Source of the DNA: a virus | Direction: 5' to 3' (one strand) | IMG/VR virus record: IMGVR_UViG_3300045988_004514 | Coordinates: 1 to 6,156 of that record | DNA: 6,156 nt | Part shown: one piece after another, positions 4,352 to 6,156 of the stretch | Layout: every line of letters starts with the position of its first letter | Position numbering within the stretch: the stretch's first letter is position 1 | Notes under the pieces: model-generated | Databases searched by the model: none | Seen by the model: only the letters and a program-made list of their open reading frames with translations | What the model was told of the DNA's origin: nothing | Made by a program: the position numbers and the translations under genes

Positions 4352-5386
4352 ATGCTAGGAACTATTATCGGTATAGGAGCGGCAGCCGGAAAGGCAATCG
4401 CTAACAATAACGCCAAGAATGAGCAAAAAAAAGAAAATAGGGAGTTGATGAAATACCAAGCAGATTTGAATCAACAACAAGCCTATTATAGCACAGGATT
4501 GGCAAAGGATTTGTGGGACTACACAAATTATGAGAATACCATAAAACATATAAAAGCGGCAGGGCTAAGCCCGTCGCTAATATATGGCGGTGGCGGTGGC
4601 GGTGGAAGCACTAGCGGAGGAGGCCAAGCAAGCGGAGTAGGAATGCCAAGCAAAACAGGAACGGAGGCAGGAATACAAGCACAAGGAATGGCACTCCAGC
4701 TAGCAAACGTAGCAAGCCAAACCAGGCTAAACGAAAGCCAGGCAAACAAAAATGAAGCGGAAGCCGAAAAGACTAGAGGAGTAGATACCAAAGCGCAAGA
4801 AGCTACAATTGATAACCTAATAGCCCAGACTTCAAATGAAAAAGTGAAGAAAGGACTCATATTGGGACAAATCAGAGTAGCAGATGCGGAAGAGGAACTT
4901 AAACGAAATACTGCCGATTGGACAAAAGAAAAAACCGATGAAACCCGATGGAATATCAAAAGCCTACAAAAAGGAATTGATAAACTAATTGAAGAAGTCA
5001 ACGGAATGAAACTCGACAACGAGTTAAAAGAGCGGACAATCGACAATAAAGTAAGAGAAAGCTCATTAACACTCCAAAACCTGATGGCTGAAATATTACT
5101 CAAAGGAAGCCAGAAAAAAGTCAATGAAGAGCAAGCAAAAGCAATTCCAGCAGAAATTCTACAAGGATGGGAAGACCTTACAAAAAAAGGGAAAGCACTA
5201 ATCATCCAAAGAGAACAGATGGAAGCCTATGTACAAGATGTATTCAATAGATACGACTTGGGCAAAAAAGGCCTGGACATTGAAGAACAAAAACTCGTCA
5301 AAGACATTGTACTCGGAATGCTAGAAATCGCATCGAAAGGTGCAGGAGCAGCACTAGGGGCAAAAGTAGGTAAAACAGGTTTTTAA
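4352..5386 (+). CDS. Minor capsid / DNA pilot protein VP2 (phiX174 H-like), 344 aa.
   Basis: It has a hydrophobic Gly/Ala-rich N-terminus (MLGTIIGIGAAAGKAIA). The motif AAGLSPSLIYGGGGGGG resembles the AGLNP..Y-polyGly signature of gokusho/alpavirus VP2. The C-terminal half is long, charged and predicted helical or coiled-coil. Its position between the capsid and replication genes fits. Confidence 0.85.
   Translation: MLGTIIGIGAAAGKAIANNNAKNEQKKENRELMKYQADLNQQQAYYSTGLAKDLWDYTNYENTIKHIKAAGLSPSLIYGGGGGGGSTSGGGQASGVGMPSKTGTEAGIQAQGMALQLANVASQTRLNESQANKNEAEAEKTRGVDTKAQEATIDNLIAQTSNEKVKKGLILGQIRVADAEEELKRNTADWTKEKTDETRWNIKSLQKGIDKLIEEVNGMKLDNELKERTIDNKVRESSLTLQNLMAEILLKGSQKKVNEEQAKAIPAEILQGWEDLTKKGKALIIQREQMEAYVQDVFNRYDLGKKGLDIEEQKLVKDIVLGMLEIASKGAGAALGAKVGKTGF
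4586..4606 (+). repeat. In-frame (GGCGGT)x3 + GGA microsatellite encoding Gly7 inside VP2.
   Basis: GGC GGT GGC GGT GGC GGT GGA is read in the VP2 frame. Confidence 0.85.
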
Positions 5387-5391
5387 TAATT

Positions 5392-6156
5392 ATGTGTCTA
5401 TATCCTAAACTCATACCAAATAAGCGGTACCTGCCAACAAAAAAGAATGGCGGGATACCGCCTGTTTGTCCTGACGAAAGGTTACGTTATGTAACAGCAG
5501 CATGCGGGGACTGTTACGAGTGCAGGAAACAAAAGCAAAGACAATGGGTAGTAAGAATGTCAGAGGAAAATAGACAAACACCAAATGCGTATTTCCTAAC
5601 ACTGACAATCGATGATAAATCCTACAAGCAAATCAAACAAAAATACAAGTTAAAAGACAATAACGATATTGCAACAAAAGCTATAAGACTATGCCTAGAA
5701 AGAGTACGAAAACAAACCGGAAAATCAATAAAACATTGGTTTATTACAGAACTCGGACACGAGAAAACAGAAAGATTACATCTTCATGGGATAGTATGGG
5801 GCCTAGGAAATGGAGAAAAAGTAACGAACAATTGGAAATACGGAATCACATTCACCGGATATTTCGTGAATGAAAAAACTATCAACTACATTACAAAATA
5901 CATGCTAAAGGTAGACGAAAAGCACCCAAAATTCAGAGGAAAGGTGTTATGCTCTGCCGGAATAGGCTCAGGCTACCTCAAACGAGAAGATGCCAAAAGG
6001 CATGTATATATCCCAGGCAAAACAAATGAATCATACCGGATGAAAAACGGTGGAAAACTCAACTTACCCATCTATTACAGAAACAAAATATTTACAGAAG
6101 AAGAACGCGAAAAACTATTCCTAGACAAAATCGAAAAGGGAATAGTCTATATACTA
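5392..6156 (+). CDS. Replication initiation protein VP4 (phiX174 A-like HUH rolling-circle endonuclease). This is the N-terminal and central part, open at the window end, and it continues at 1..408 on the circle.
   Basis: My translation from ATG 5392 in frame 1 has no stop before the window end: MCLYPKLIPNKRYLPTKKNGGIPPVCPDERLRYVTAACGDCYECRKQKQRQWVVRMSEE.... It contains the Cys cluster CGDCYECRKQKQRQW typical of gokusho/alpavirus VP4. It also has RCR motif I FLTLT, the HUH motif LHLHGIVW and the catalytic Tyr motif YITKYMLK. The ORF track omits it only because it lacks a stop inside the window. Confidence 0.93.
   Translation, partial: MCLYPKLIPNKRYLPTKKNGGIPPVCPDERLRYVTAACGDCYECRKQKQRQWVVRMSEENRQTPNAYFLTLTIDDKSYKQIKQKYKLKDNNDIATKAIRLCLERVRKQTGKSIKHWFITELGHEKTERLHLHGIVWGLGNGEKVTNNWKYGITFTGYFVNEKTINYITKYMLKVDEKHPKFRGKVLCSAGIGSGYLKREDAKRHVYIPGKTNESYRMKNGGKLNLPIYYRNKIFTEEEREKLFLDKIEKGIVYIL
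6016..6156. repeat. Terminal redundancy, copy 2 (identical to 1..141).
   Basis: Same comparison as copy 1. The offset between copies is 6015 nt, which is divisible by 3 and so preserves the VP4 frame across the junction. Confidence 0.9.

Noticed and set aside
4528-5205. 225-aa minus-strand ORF antisense to VP2.
   Set aside because: It is low-complexity (S/F/L-rich, with a PPPPPPP run that simply mirrors the VP2 poly-Gly codons). It lies fully inside a well-supported + strand gene, and microvirus genes are all on the virion-sense strand. It is a shadow ORF.

Overview
This window is one complete circular ssDNA phage genome of the family Microviridae, with a unit length of 6015 nt. The contig is written with a 141-nt terminal overlap: 1..141 is identical to 6016..6156. 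All credible genes lie on the + strand. They are the major capsid protein VP1/F-like (1904..3859, 651 aa), a 105-aa ORF of unknown function (3873..4190), the minor capsid/DNA-pilot protein VP2/H-like (4352..5386), and the HUH rolling-circle replication initiator VP4/A-like. VP4 starts at 5392, runs off the window end and finishes at 408 after wrapping, giving 343 aa in total. Upstream of VP1 sits a tightly packed cassette of four to five small ORFans (865..1900), one of which encodes a membrane-anchored peptide. The large VP1, the VP1-VP2-VP4 order, the mostly Shine-Dalgarno-free A/T-rich start contexts and a TAnnTTTG-type promoter motif suggest an Alpavirinae-like, Bacteroidetes-associated microvirus, but this lineage call is inference. 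The most unusual feature is a roughly 270-nt noncoding island (about 411..680) just after VP4. It is ORF-free, about 56% G+C by my hand count and dense in hairpins, while the flanking noncoding DNA is 18-25% G+C. It looks like a structured RNA or an ssDNA structural element such as a complementary-strand origin, and I cannot assign it to any known RNA family by eye. A second structured intergenic region (4191..4351) carries three hairpins. I found no tRNA, rRNA, CRISPR array, transposase or integrase.
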